64,000 nucleotides of DNA from Malacoraja senta (lineage: Eukaryota): contig CM075994.1 of NCBI GenBank assembly GCA_038087875.1, positions 4,838,001 through 4,902,000 of the forward strand, written 5' to 3'. Shown here piece after piece: positions 1 through 12,890 of the stretch (its first letter is position 1; each line of letters begins with the position of its first letter). The notes under the pieces were generated by a model. It was not told the origin of the DNA. It searched no databases and was given only the letters and a program-made list of their open reading frames with translations. The position numbers and the translations under genes are program-made.

Positions 1-99
1 AACCGCCAGAAATGATTAATAAGGGAGGATGAATGTATTCGAGGCTCATGGATTCGTGCAGCGTGGAAACAAGATCATCGTCCCAAACTGGCCTCTCCA

Positions 100-790
100 C
101 TCGTCCCACCTGTTTACTTTTGACCCATATCCCTCTAAACCTACGTGTTTCTTAAATGTTGCGACGATACCTGACTTAAGTATCTCCACCAGCACCTCCA
201 TTCATAGACCCGCCATACTTTGTTAAAAAAAAGTAACCCCTCATTTTCCTGTTATATACCCCCTGCACCCCCCCCCCCCACTCTCACCTTAAAACGATAT
301 CCCCTGGTTCGATATTCTCCTACACTGGGTAACGACTCTGTGTGTATATCCGATCTATTCCTCTCATGATTTTGTACAACTCTGCAAAGGTAACCCGATA
401 CGAATGCACTACTAGGAGTAGTCATATCCTGCGCAACATCTCCTCTATAGCTCCGGCCCTTGAATCCTGGCAACATCCTCATATATTTTATGAGCTCCAT
501 TTTCTAGCTTGACAATATGTATCCTATCATAAGGTGCCAAAACCGATATACGGTGCACTAAATGTGATTTCACCAACCTCTTGTATAACTTCAACATGAC
601 CTCTCAACTTCCAAACTAATCACTCAGAACGACGGTGGCCATGTGCTGAAATGTTACTTGACCACATTATCCACCGACGAAGCTACTTTCAAGGGACTAT
701 GTACCTGCACTCCAGGATGACTGTCTACAACACACACCAGAACCATATGATATATCAAACAGGACTTGCACATATTAGACTTCTAAATCC
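100..790 (-). mobile_element. Degraded CR1 LINE 3' fragment
   Basis: Minus-strand translation RMLPGFKGRSYR resembles the CR1 ORF2 C-terminus seen in better copies (62555-62986); heavily mutated. Confidence 0.6.
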
Positions 791-2279
791 TAATTCATAT
801 TGTTCTATATCTCCCTCGAATTCATAATCCTTTACTTTTCCAATTAGTCGCCATTTTTTGCATTTTCTGATAATTACCAAAGTATTCCCACGAACTTTTT
901 CCAAAGAAAATATTAGGTCTGGCGATGCAATAATCAACACTCCATGACATTCTCACTTTGAAAACAATAAGGTGACTGCAATATCAGTCATCCGGCCATG
1001 AAACCTCATGTAAATGTGTGGAGAAAACATGGTTCCTCGTGCTTCCATTCTCTGGCTTCATTCGTTTGACAAAGAATCGACTTTTCTATCTGGATATGAT
1101 TTATCCACCATGACATTTACTGCTAATAACTTTAATATATCTTCAATCCAGCTATTATCTAATCAAATTATTCAATCGGCCCCTCAGATGTATGGTTTCT
1201 TTCTGATCGCTGTTCTGTGGAAAGACATTTCTCTTTATTTGGAGCATTGGATTGCAGTTGTGACTTTTGAAATGGTCACGGTTGAATAAGTACAGTAAAT
1301 ATAGCTGTTACATTTTTACTTGCAGCCATAAAAACAAAGCTAGATATTTATCACGGCTTACAGCTCAACAAAATATATATCTCTGAAAACAGAACATTTA
1401 ATCATACAAATTCATGCTATCTGTACAATGGTTCCACATATAATCCATAACATCTACACGCATGGTGGAGCGTTGCCCCATTTACTCTAATTTCAATAAA
1501 TGTCTTTTTAGGAGGTTCATCAGTTGGTAAAAAAAATCGACTACGCAGAATGAAGTATATGGCACAAAGGACAAAGAAGCATAATCACCATTATATTCAG
1601 ACGAACGTCCCCAAAAACTAGCTTCATAACAGCCTTCCGAAATGGTCGACATTCCCCGTTTGAAACTATTCTTTTTTGTTTACCTTTGCCTTGCAAGACT
1701 TCTTTAAGTAGCCCTAATTCTAAAGAATAAGGGGAAGAGTGTCGTTTCTTTTAAATTAAATGTATTCATTCGATATCACTTGCTTACCTTTTATCTCCGT
1801 TACATTATAATTATCTACTTAATCTTTCAGAGTATGGTTTGCAAGCATCGTTAAAAAGGCAATATATAGCATAGCATTTGCGGGGAATATCAATTAAGGA
1901 AACGTATCAAGATTAGCTACATGATATAGATTACAAATTTACGATGTAATCCCAATAATAAATATTGAGAACAGGCTGCTGAAGTAAGCACATTTGTATT
2001 TCCATATCATTTGAATTGTGTTTAACATTGAAGGTGATCATTTCGGACAACAATGACGTATAACATGTTGGTGGATACCAACTTACCTTTATCTTTTCGG
2101 GCCAAGTTTTGTACTATAAAGGAAAACGTTAATCTTAATACACGAGCTTTGAAATAGAAAACTGCTTCGGTACGCAACGTATGTAGCCGTGCCCAACAGT
2201 GCATCCATCAGTGCCACCACAATTGTAAGTTTCAAAACCATCAGATCAATCCTTAAGTCGGTATCGATTGTGATGTGAA

Positions 2280-3170
2280 ACGGTCCGTAAGGCTTCATTG
2301 GAGCTATGTGGCGAGTAGTGTACCTCAGAGATCAGTACCCAGTCCATTGCTTGTATTCAATATCGAGGATTTCGATGAGTCACGATAAGTAAATTCGCGG
2401 ATGAAGATACAAATGTGACATTGTAGAGAGGGCATGGTATTTTCAAGAATGACAGCGATCTTGATCAGCAAGTGGACCGACGAATGGCAAAAGGGATGTT
2501 TAATTTAGATGATTAGGGACTTTTGCTTTTGGAAATTCTAACAAGTGTGATAACTTTATGGAGAACAGTAGGGGACTGGAGAGTGATATAGAACAGTGCG
2601 ATCTCTGAGTGTAAGCAGTTACCTTCGTGATAGTGGCATTGAGAGTAAACGGAGTGCATGAAAAAAGGCGCGTTGGATTGCATCAATCAGGGATTTGAGG
2701 AGAGAAGTTAGAACGTTAAGACATTGTTTTACATTATGTTGGTGAGGCAGCATTTGGTGTTACATTTAGTTTTGGTCACACTGCTGTAGGAAATATGTCC
2801 ATAAGCTTCAAAGATGCCGAAAATATTTTCGAGGAGGTTCCCAGGATTCAACGGACTGAGCTACAGTATTCAACAACCAGAGCGATTGCCCAGCTAGAGT
2901 TTCATTGTTTAGAGAGCGGGTGATTGGGCGATGAACTCACAGAGGTGCATAACAGTTTGAAGTGCAACGATGGTTTGATGTCTACAGCCTTGTCCCAGGA
3001 TAGATACATCGGGTAAGTAAATCATTATGTAGGAATTTGAACGATAGCATTTTCTCACATAAGTTGGAGGGTATTTAGAATGAGCTGCCAGGTCGTAGTT
3101 TCGGCTGATGCACTAACATTTTAAATTTAAAACACATTTGTTGAGGTACATGGATAGGGAGTATTTTCGA
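2280..3170 (+). mobile_element. Degraded CR1 LINE fragment (RT C-terminal half to 3' region)
   Basis: Recognisable CR1 blocks (ttggtgaggcagcatttgg, tttggtcacactgctgtaggaa, aatgagctgccagg) parallel to the CR1 copies at 9862-10645 and 62162-63702. Confidence 0.6.
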
Positions 3171-3821
3171 CGAGTTGATAAACATTTCGATCCAATTCTC
3201 AATTTCTATGCTAAAGATTGTTTAAGTTACTTACTGGCTTCGTCAAATTGTTTCTTTAGTTCCAGCGATCCTAAGAGCAAAGTAAAAAGCACACGTTAAG
3301 ACACTTATCCGACTGACTATTACAGGGGACTTGAAGTAAATGGTAAATACCGGCTCAACTAGATGCAGATATTCAATGTACATAACCACCAGCAAGCGTA
3401 TCAAAGGTGGGCTCAAACTTGTATTGGCACGCTTGTCCTACCATCTATGTTTTCATGATATGCGAAATTATTGCACATACTTCCAAATAAATAGTTCCAT
3501 CTATAATTCAGAAAAAATAAGATGTCACTAATTAAAACCTTCATTGAACGAGTTCCTGAAAATCAAAAGTCATTGACAGACGGGGTCATCCATTCCCACA
3601 TATTTCGAGGTCACACTAATCTGCTACCGCAGCCAACCGCAACATTTACTCTATCCAGGTTCCATAAATCTAAGTGGTCTGCAAATGAAACCAAGGGATA
3701 GCAGTGTGAACATGACGCCCCAGCCTGGACCTTAATCTTGATCCCATGATAAATTTCCTGATCACAAAGGAATATTCACGATGCGAAAATGGATTTCAAA
3801 TAGAATCCTGACGAAATCGGT

Positions 3822-4100
3822 CGGCTAGGTGGCGGTGCGGTAGAGTTGCCGCCCTTCAGCGCCAAAGACGTGGGTTTGTTCCTGAGTGTGTGTGCTGACT
3901 ACGAAATTTGCACTTACTCCCTGTGACCACGTAGGGTTCTCAAGGTGCTTCGGTTTAGTCCCACACATCCAAAGGCATGCAGCTTTGTATATGAATTGGC
4001 TTCTGTAAATTGTAAATTGTCACCAGTGTGTATGATAGTGCCAGGTCGGCGCAGAATCTGTGGGTCAAAGGGCCTGTTTCCGGGCTGAATCTCGAAAGTA
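3822..4100 (+). mobile_element. tRNA-derived SINE (HE1/V-SINE type)
   Basis: tRNA-like head ggtggcggtgcggtagagttgccgccct, central V-domain-like block (tttgcac..ctccctgtgaccacgt..ggtt..cccaca..ccaaag) and 3' aagggcctgtttcc; homologous copies at 21850, 37640 and 54105. Confidence 0.75.
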
Positions 4101-4494
4101 GAGAATAGAGATTGTATTATTTATAATAAATTCATATAACATACACAAACATTAAGAAATTTCTAAAATAACCCAATGCGGCGAAAGTTTCAGGAGAACA
4201 CACCCCTCCATCGCATATCGATTCACACTGCCCTATTCACTCCGAATAATAGTCCCTCAAATGCAGGCCACAATTGACGCAGATAATGCACTAAGTAACA
4301 AGTAGTAAGTGTGGATACAAGACACTGCAAATGCTTTAATGTCGAGCAAGAAAAGCTGCGAGGAGAATCAGTTTATGCGTCGTCTACCTATTTTCCTCAC
4401 TGGTTTGACGAAGCGACCCGCATCGGCAAGGTTGCTGTCCATTCCCCTTGTCGGAAATTGGCTTGAGATGTTACGGACATTTTCAACCTCTCAC

Positions 4495-6298
4495 TTCTGC
4501 GCATCCCACTGCAATTGGATTCTCGACTTCCTCATTCTGAGACCACAGTCTGTTCGTGTTGGAGGAAATGTGTCAGACTCGATAACAATCAGCACAGGGG
4601 CATCTAAAGGCTGCGTGCTCAGCCCCCTCCTGTACTCACTCTATACTCATGACTGCGTAGCCGGTCATAGTGCGAACTCCATCATCAAGTTCGTTGACGA
4701 CACCAATGTTGTGGGACGTATCACTGATGGGGATGAGTCAGAATATAGAAGAGAGATCGAGCAACTGTCCATATGGTGCCAGCACAACAACCTGGCCCGC
4801 AACACCAGCAAAACCAAGGAACTGATTGTGGACTTTGGAAGGAGTAGGATGGCGACCCACAGTCCCGTTTATATCAACGGGTCGATGGTTGAAAGGGTCA
4901 AGAGTTTCAAATTCCTAGGCGTGCACATCTCTGAAGATCTTTCCTGGTCCGAGAACACTGATGCAATTATTAAGAAAGCACATCAGCGCCTCTACTTCCT
5001 GAGAAGTTTACGGAGAGTCGATTTGACAAGGAGGACTCTCTCTAACTTCTACAGGTGCACAGTATAGAGCATGCTGACCGGTTGCATCGTGGGTTGGTTC
5101 GGCAATTTGAGCGCCCTAGAGAGGAAAATAATACAAGTCCATCATCGGCTCTGACCTCCCTTCCATCGAAGGGATCTATCGCCGTCGCTGCCTCAAAAAG
5201 GCTGGCATTATCATCAAGGATCCACACCAGCCTGGCCACACACTCATCTCCCTGCTACCTTCAGGTAGAATTTACAGGAGGCTGAAGACTGCAACGACCA
5301 GGTTCAGGAATAGCTACTTCCCTACAGCCATCAGACTATTAAACTTGGCACGGACAAAATATTTGTATGTGTGGGGGGTGAAGGGAGAAACTGCTTTTCG
5401 AGTCCTTACCTGGTCGGAGCGGTTGCCTTCCTCCGAGCAGCGCCTTCGACCTGTCCTTGCGGCCTACCAGCGGGTCCTGGAGCGACGTTTCCCTGAGGGG
5501 ACCTGGCCAGAACATCGGCTTTGGCGGCGGCGCAGAACATCGGCTTTGGCGGCGGTGCAGCGCTGGAGCGCTGTCGTGGAGCGGGCGATGCCTTTCCTGG
5601 GTCGCCGCGCTGGAACTCCAGTATACTGGGACCGCCGATGAGAACATCGTGGACCAGCGGTTCTGTGGAACGGCCAGCTGCGACGCTGAACGGTAGATCC
5701 CGGAGCCTGGGATCTCTTGCTGAGATTGCCAGTGTGTGGAGCTCCGTCCAGCGCGGTCTGTTGGCTTGGAAGCCGCGGTATTCGGTGGGAAGGTGGTCGT
5801 TCCTGGTACCCCAAGCCGCTGGGGGTTCTCCCGATGCCGGAGTACCGTCACCCGGCGAGAACATCGGGCGCCGTGGCGGCGACTGTGGAGGCCTCAGTGG
5901 GCCCGACTCTGGGTGGACAAGAGGATGGGGACTGGACTTTGTGCCTTCCCATGTTGGGAACCACTGTGGGGATGTTTTGGTGTTGGACTTATTTTTAATA
6001 CAATGTTGTATTTTATTAGTGTGCTGCAAGGACATCGGAATTTCCCCTGAATAAGGGGAATTATAAAGTCTAATTCAATTCAATTCAAAACTCTGAACAT
6101 TAATAGCCCATTATCTGTTATTTGCACTTGATCAGTTTATTTATTCATGTGTGTACATATTTATATAAAGGTATATGGACACACTGATATGTTTTGAAGT
6201 CAATGCCTACTATGTTCTGTTGTGCTGAAGCAAAGCAAGAATTTCAATGTCCTATCAGGGACACATGACAATAAACTCACTTGAACTTGAACTTGAAC
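4495..6298 (+). mobile_element. 5'-truncated Rex1/Babar LINE, interrupted by an insertion at 5360-6085
   Basis: RT motifs [50 protein letters not shown]; the 3' UTR resumes at about 6091 and ends in aataaa plus (cttgaa)n. Confidence 0.85.
5360..6085 (+). mobile_element. GC/CpG-rich non-autonomous retroposon with (aattc)n tail
   Basis: Flanked by caaaa (5355-5359 and 6086-6090) inside the Rex1 copy; internal direct repeat cagaacatcggctttggcggcgg; LINE-like 3' end aatttcccc..ggggaattataaag; no convincing ORF. Confidence 0.6.
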
Positions 6299-6409
6299 AT
6301 TCCCCTCGTCAGATAATGGTATATCTCCTAAATACCTCCAACAATTTGCTTTTTGTTACCTGAATGCGAAATGTATTTGGCCTCTCAGCCTTTCGTCATT
6401 GTTCATACG

Positions 6410-7355
6410 GTCATAACTTAATAGGGAATAGGAATAGAATTATGCCATTCGACCCATCAAGTCAACTCCGCCATTAAATCGTTAGTGATCTATAGTCCCT
6501 CCTAAACCCGTCCCCTGCTATAACATCTGACACCTGTACTAATCAAGAATCTATCTAGCTTTGTCTCAACAAGATCCAATGACAGCCTTTGCAGCATTCT
6601 GTGGTAAACAATTCCACAGATTCGCCACCCTCTGACTAAAGACCTTGCTCTTCGTCTCCTTCTTAAAATAACGTTCTTTAATTCTAAGTCTGACTGAGTC
6701 TAGTTCTAGACTATCCCAATGATGAAAGTATCCTCTACACACACACTCTATTCAAGCCTAACATTATTCTGTATATTTCAAGGAGGTGTCCAGTGCCGAC
6801 AAACGCTCATCGCAAGTTATTCTACTCATCCCTGGGATCATTCTTGTAAACCTCATCTGAACCCACTCAAGAGACAGCACATCCTCAGATTTTGTGGCCA
6901 AAATTGCACACAATATTCCAAATGAGGCCTCACCAGTGCCTTCTAGAGCCTCAACATGGAATTCCATTTTTATAGAACGCCTCGTGAAATAATGCTAGAA
7001 TTGTGTTTGCATTCTTTACCCCCAATTCGACTTGCAGAATTACTTTTCTGGAATCCAGCACCAGCACTCCCCTTGCATCTCTTATTTCTGGATTATTACC
7101 CCATTTAGAAAATTGTCTAGGCCCTTATTCCAAATGCCAAATACCAAATGCCAAAATACTTGACTCCACACGTTGATGCACTATATTTAATCTGCCATTT
7201 ATCTGCCCACTCTCCCAATCTGTCCACGTTTTGCTGCAGAGTCCCTGCTTTCTCTGTGCTACCTGCCCCTCCACTTATTTTTATATCATCTACAAACTTT
7301 GCAACAAATAATTCAATCCCCTCGTTATAATGTACAACGTGAAAAGTAGCGGCCC
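6410..7355 (-). mobile_element. Degraded CR1 LINE, 3' part (continues at 15712 after the ERV insertion)
   Basis: Minus-strand LEWVQMRFTRMIPGM; the CR1 sequence ...gtagcggccc resumes as ..cagcaccgacc at about 15716. Confidence 0.75.
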
Positions 7356-8159
7356 TGTAAATAAGCTCTTCTAAAGCTTACCTCCCTAGTCTAGTCCAGT
7401 AAAAAACACTGAATCAAGCACTGGTAAAAGTAAACTTTATTTTTAGATTGAACAGCAAATTCCCCTCTACGAAACCTAAACCACCGCAAGTTCGATCCTT
7501 GTCTTTGCCTGGCCAAGCCCTTCAGCCTCGTGCAAGAAGTCATACTTCGACAGTTCACGCAGTCCCAAGTGCTCTTCGAGAAATTCGACAACGGACAACA
7601 TGGGGGCTACCTTTTATAGGTCCACGAGCCTTGAGGGGCCGAACTACATAGGGGTGATCTATTTACAGTCCAATCAAAAATATTAATTTCATCAGTACAG
7701 TGTTGACAGTTCCCCAAATTAATTACAGAGTCTTCCATACATTGTTTCTTGGAGAAGCTTCGGGAAGGAAGCTAACTTAACTGAATAATGCAACATCTAC
7801 CCTGCAACTCAAAACAATTCTGCCAGGTCTTAACACTTTGGCCAATCAACAAATGGCAATGTAACTGTCTTGCAAAATTATTTACATTATTTACAATTAT
7901 TTTGCAGCAATCCAACGAACTTCATGCATTTACATTCTGTGGAGGTCCTCTGCAAGAATCTCATTCATACTGACAATGGAAGCGTTACTCATTCGTATCT
8001 TATCTGCGACATTGATCTGGGACCTAGACTCCCTGGCACCATTCAACAGCTTATCTTTTTATATGGAGAAACACAGACTTGACCAAAATGGCCTTGCAAT
8101 GCATGAATCTTCTGCTAAATGTTGCTTCTATACCTGCTCCCATTTGGCCAGAATGTACA
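7356..8159 (-). repeat. 3' LTR of ERV
   Basis: Homologous to 14934-15711; minus strand starts TGTACA right after the PPT; TATA-like TATAAAA near 7612-7618 and AATAAA near 7436-7441. Confidence 0.9.
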
Positions 8160-8171
8160 TTCCTCCCTTTT
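8160..8171 (-). promoter_or_regulatory. Polypurine tract of ERV
   Basis: Minus strand AAAAGGGAGGAA directly abuts the TG of the 3' LTR. Confidence 0.85.
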
Positions 8172-8484
8172 ATAATATGATATCAATCATATATGATAAA
8201 TATGTTTGCACAGGTAACTATTACATTCTATCAAACATATTAACGACGAAATGTTGATGTATCTTCTCAGAATATCATCATGCTTTCCGAGGTTTCGTGG
8301 ACGTAGCTTCATGATACCCATCTGACCAGTCTTCATCTCCAGAGTATTCGTGGGCGCGAATACCCTCAATCCATGTTGCCAATTCATCAGTGCTTGATCC
8401 ATATGTTCAAGAGTTCTTACAATAATCTGGGATAAAGTAAGTTAGCTGTCCATAATTCCACTAATACTCGTACAGTGGTGGAAA

Positions 8485-9085
8485 TATACCCATGCATTCC
8501 TTTCATCCACTTTGAACAGAAGGCCTCTCTCTGTACACTGCTCCTACTCTACGATATAATCCTTCCCACACTATGATCCCAATCCCAGCTAGAATGTGTT
8601 CAGTTATTTACTTAGCTACAAGGTGAGAAATACTTTATTTCCAATTTACTCTTACTGAAGGTTCATCATATGAATTTAATCTGGGTTCAGTCCAGATTTC
8701 CCTACAGGCGTGACCATTATTTAACATAACTATGAGTAATGCATCAACACAGCCAAATCCAGTCTCAGCCTTTAATTTTAAATAATGTGAGTTTCAGGGC
8801 CTGTCTTACCGCTTTTCAATCCACAACATGTAGTGGATCAGCACAATTCAATTGCTGTGGAATTCCCAGCTGTCTATATAATCTTCATCAATTTATTTCA
8901 ATATGTGGTGGACCAATATTCAAACCAAGCCAAATAGGGATGCCGTATGTTGGGACAATTTCGCTTACACCTTGATAATAATAGCCGCTTTATTATCAAG
9001 GGTTGGATACATTTCGATGCACCGGTGAAATACATCGACTCTGACAACAAGTACCCACTCCCCTGGTACTTCCTCCAAACCAATA
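8485..9085 (-). pseudogene. pol: Retroviral integrase relic (DDE core and C-terminus)
   Basis: Manual minus-strand translation across frameshifts: LVVRVDVFHRCIEMYPTLDNKA, EIVPTYGIPIWLGLNIGP, RQLGIPQQLNCADP, FKVDERNAWVYFHHC. Confidence 0.8.
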
Positions 9086-9861
9086 TAACTCGTTTTTTCT
9101 TGTATGTTGAACAGTCTCACAGATAATATGGACTCTTCCTTATAACTAATCTCCTCCTATCATGGAGTAACTCTCTGGATGGTTGGTATCGATCTCTCCG
9201 ATTGGAACTCGTCATTTAAACTTTCAGTCCACCTCATCATTCTACACCACCACCTTACGTTCCCAGGTTATTTCCGTCACTGTTAAATCCACACCGTAAT
9301 TTCTGATATTTAGTAGTGTCTGTCCTTTTCTTGATAGTCACTAAACAGTCCCGACCCATCTCCGATTGTTCTCCTATGCGTGAGACAAGAAAAAAACATC
9401 AAGTCAACAATCAAACATCCCAATTATATTTTAGACAAAATCCCATAGGCTATTTTCAAATACCGAATTTTTAAAGTCCTTCCAATACATTACTCTACTG
9501 CCGGAGCGATCTAATTTAGAACTGGTCAATTTATTATATATCGTAATCACAATTTAGGCGCAATATAGGTGTCCCCGAACCACAAAGGAGTGTTCATTCC
9601 TAGGTTTCCATAGATAGCTCGTTTAAGTTGGAGCTTGCCTCAATGGCCTCTAGAGGCTCTCTCTATTTCTTCAGGTTCCTGAGCCGTTGTTCTTTCATTT
9701 CACTGGTGCCCAGTATTATGTTCCTATGTTGGTAAGTTTGCACACTAGTTTATTGGCAGGGTATATAGATCTTCCTCTTGATGTTAAATTTGCAGGAATA
9801 TGGACATCACCATGAGGAGCAACCTTCCTTGTATATTGCCCTTTCCCAGAATGTAAATGTT

Positions 9862-10645
9862 AAAGGGACAGAACAGTATTATTTCTAAATGGTGGCCGAT
9901 TAGCAAAAGGGGAGATGCAACGAGACCTGGGTGTCATGGTACACCAGTCATTGAAAGTAGGCATGCAGGTGCAGCAGGCAGTGAAGAAAGCGAATGGTAT
10001 GTTAGCATTCATAGCAAAAGGATTTGAGTATAGGAGCAGGGAGGTTCTACTTCAGTTGTACATGGTCTTGGTGAGACCACACCTGCAGTATTGCGTACAT
10101 TTTTGGTCTCCAAATCTGAGGAAATACATTCTTGCCATGGAGGGAGTACAGAGAAGGTTCACCAGACTGATTCCTGGGATGTCAGGACTTTCATATGAAG
10201 AAAGACTGGATAGACTCGGTTTGTACTCGCTAGAATTTAGAAGATTGAGGGGGAATCTTATAGAAACTTACAAAATTCTTAAGGGGTTGGACAGCCAAAT
10301 GCAGTAAGATTGTTCCCGATGTTGGGTAAGTCCAGGACAAGGGGTCGCAGTTTAAGGATAAATGGGAAATCTTTTAGGACCGAGATGAGAAAAACATTTT
10401 TCACACAGAGTGTGGTGAATCTTTGGAACTCTCTGCCACAAAGGTAGTTGCGGCTAGTTCATTGGCTATATTTAAGAGGGAGTTAGATGTGGCCCTTGTG
10501 GCTATAGGGATCAGGGGGTATGGAGATAAGGCAGGTACAGGTTATTGAGTTAGATGATCAGCCATGATCATATTGAATGGCGGTGCAGGCTCGAAGGGCC
10601 GAATGGCCTACTCCTGCACCTATTTTCTATGTTTCTATGTTTCTC
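9862..10645 (+). mobile_element. 5'-truncated CR1 LINE inserted in the ERV
   Basis: ORF QRDLGVMVHQSLK..VRPHLQYCVHFWSP..LEFRRLRGNLIE; tail ctcctgcacctatttt(ctatgttt)n. Confidence 0.9.
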
Positions 10646-11355
10646 TCCGGGGAGCTACTTGGGTGGAAATGATGGTTACACATCCTACCCGAGCTTTGTC
10701 TTCTGTCCGTTCATGAGGGTCCACATGCTATTTTACCTCACTCCCCACATAATGGTGTGTTATAGGCAACAATTACCTGAAGGCACTACAACTCAACAAC
10801 AGGTTATTAAACGAGTTCCTATTCTTCACTCCTACAACTCCTGCGCAATAGATTCCTTCTCTTCCCTCCCTAGTGCCAATCTGAGTTCCTTTAAGTTATT
10901 TTTCTTTATCGTTTGACACCAGCTACTTTGTCTCGTTTCTTATTTTCTTTAATACTTTTATGCTCCATTCTATCGGTGGGCTTTTCTTGGTCTCAATCCG
11001 ATACAAATAAGGCAGTTTCTTGGAATTGCTTCCTGTTATTTATACTTCCTTCCAGCTATTTGTAAAACATTTTTTATCGTTCTTTATTTCTGGATAGTTG
11101 TTTTTATTCTATCCGCTGCACCATATCAGTGTTATGAGGAGGGTATTATATATTCACTCAGATTTAATTTATGGATTTAAAGGCAGATGTCAGGTTACTC
11201 CGTAGACTCTCTGGACTGGCTGGCAGATCGAGACTACAGAAATTGATTTGATTGCGATAATGTGCTTGGCTTCTCGCCCCCTGATATTATGGCCAGTGTC
11301 CTCTAGGTCACCTTTAATTTTCAGGGTCCCAAGTATCCCTATAGCCCCCAGGGAT

Positions 11356-12890
11356 TCACAGACGTCTTGGACCTCGTGACCCTCTCCATCGACCACATCC
11401 TTTTTTTCGTCCTCTCATGGGGCAAGCTTTTATCCCATTCCCCGTCTCTCCACAGACATAACATTCATCTGGTCTAACCGTTCTGTAACTTATCCAGTAG
11501 AACTGAGGAGAAACAGGCTCCCGAACAGGCATATCCAAAAGATAATCTGGTGGGATCCAATCCTCAAACTCGTCCTCTTCTTTTGATTTCATTTGCAATT
11601 TTTGTATCAATTCCACTGGAAGGAATTTAAAAGGGCAGTATGAACAGTCGTTTCTTTGGCACATTCTTTGCTACACCCCTCATTAAGGCTTCGTACGTAG
11701 GGTACCCCCAAATTGTCAAAATGTTAGCGTATTCCATCGGGGTGATTAATCGTTTCACTGCCTCCCATAAGCTTCGAGAGTCAGTATCATGACGTACAGG
11801 TTGAGTTTCAAACACTCACCCGATGAAGCAGGTACATATTTCATGTCTGGGATTTTATTTATGCCCGTTGTCGAACTGGGCTTCGCTGGATGGGGGCGTC
11901 TGTAGCCCAGGGATGGTCTGCACCAACTGCACTAACCTAATCGAAAGTAGGAGTATGGAATTCCCTAACAGGGAATTCCCTACGTGTAATTCGTTCTACT
12001 TTCATAATACGGACAATATCAGGATCGGCTGTCTTACGGCCCGATATTGTTTCACTCTCAGAAGCACTGGTATCTTCGCTAAAGGGATCCCTATATTTTG
12101 TAAATTATTATTTAACTCTCTTGCTGCCCTTTTAAGTTGTACTGGTACCGGCTTACAACGAACCTTCCTCATACCTCCCTGACTCATTACGTTGCCAGTG
12201 AAGCAAACGGAGTCAGAGTATCCTTTCAAATGTCTCCGCTACGGGTTTGAATTGAACGGGATGAGTCAAAGATGCCGTTGACTCCACTCGAGTGCCTTGT
12301 TCACAAGCTGCATATGGTACCTTAGGACTAGAAACGTGAGAGGACTGAAAGGAAGGCTGTGAATCTACACCCATAAAGCTTGTCCATCGTTTTAAATACT
12401 GGGCATCCTTCCCTTCAAGGACGACACTAACCATCGCGCTCTTGCAGTTAATTGTCGTCGGGGTCAAATCCCCTTTAAGAGTCTTCGTTCTTCCGGACTC
12501 CTGCTTTTGTTCATTAATATCGTTCTCATTCTCCTTCGAAATACCCATAGAAGGACCAGCTCTCAGTTCCTTCAGCTCTATCCCAAGCCTTCGGATTGAC
12601 TTCCTCTAATCCGTCAGTCTAACAAATTATTTGTTCACCTTCCCCTTCGTATAATAAAATCTCCATATTTCTATAAGTTCATTACCTTATTCACTATTTC
12701 TACACTGCCAGATAATTTTCCCTTTGTACTTTATCCCCTTTACTAACTTCAGGCCACCTTTCAGCCATAATTTGCTTCCTAACTATTTATTTAACGCTCC
12801 TGAGATATGTCGTACCTTCTCGGCTTTCTGAGTGAATTCATAACATTTTTATTGTAATGTGCTTCCAGAATACGCCAGGCTATTCCCTAT
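11356..12890 (-). pseudogene. gag: ERV gag relic
   Basis: Degenerate CCHC knuckle CYVCGETGNGIKAC followed by basic RGRKK; putative mutated start ATA-GGG-AAT-AGC ([M]GNS, myristoylation-like) at 12890; several stops and frameshifts. Confidence 0.65.

Noticed and set aside
3822..3900. tRNA genes at SINE heads (also 21850, 37640, 54105)
   Set aside because: Only degenerate A/B-box-like heads followed by a SINE body; no cloverleaf.
5339..6054. Multiple overlapping ORFs in GC-rich inserts (also 25124-25720 and 56241-56850)
   Set aside because: High GC depletes stop codons; there are no protein motifs and the frames are not conserved between copies.
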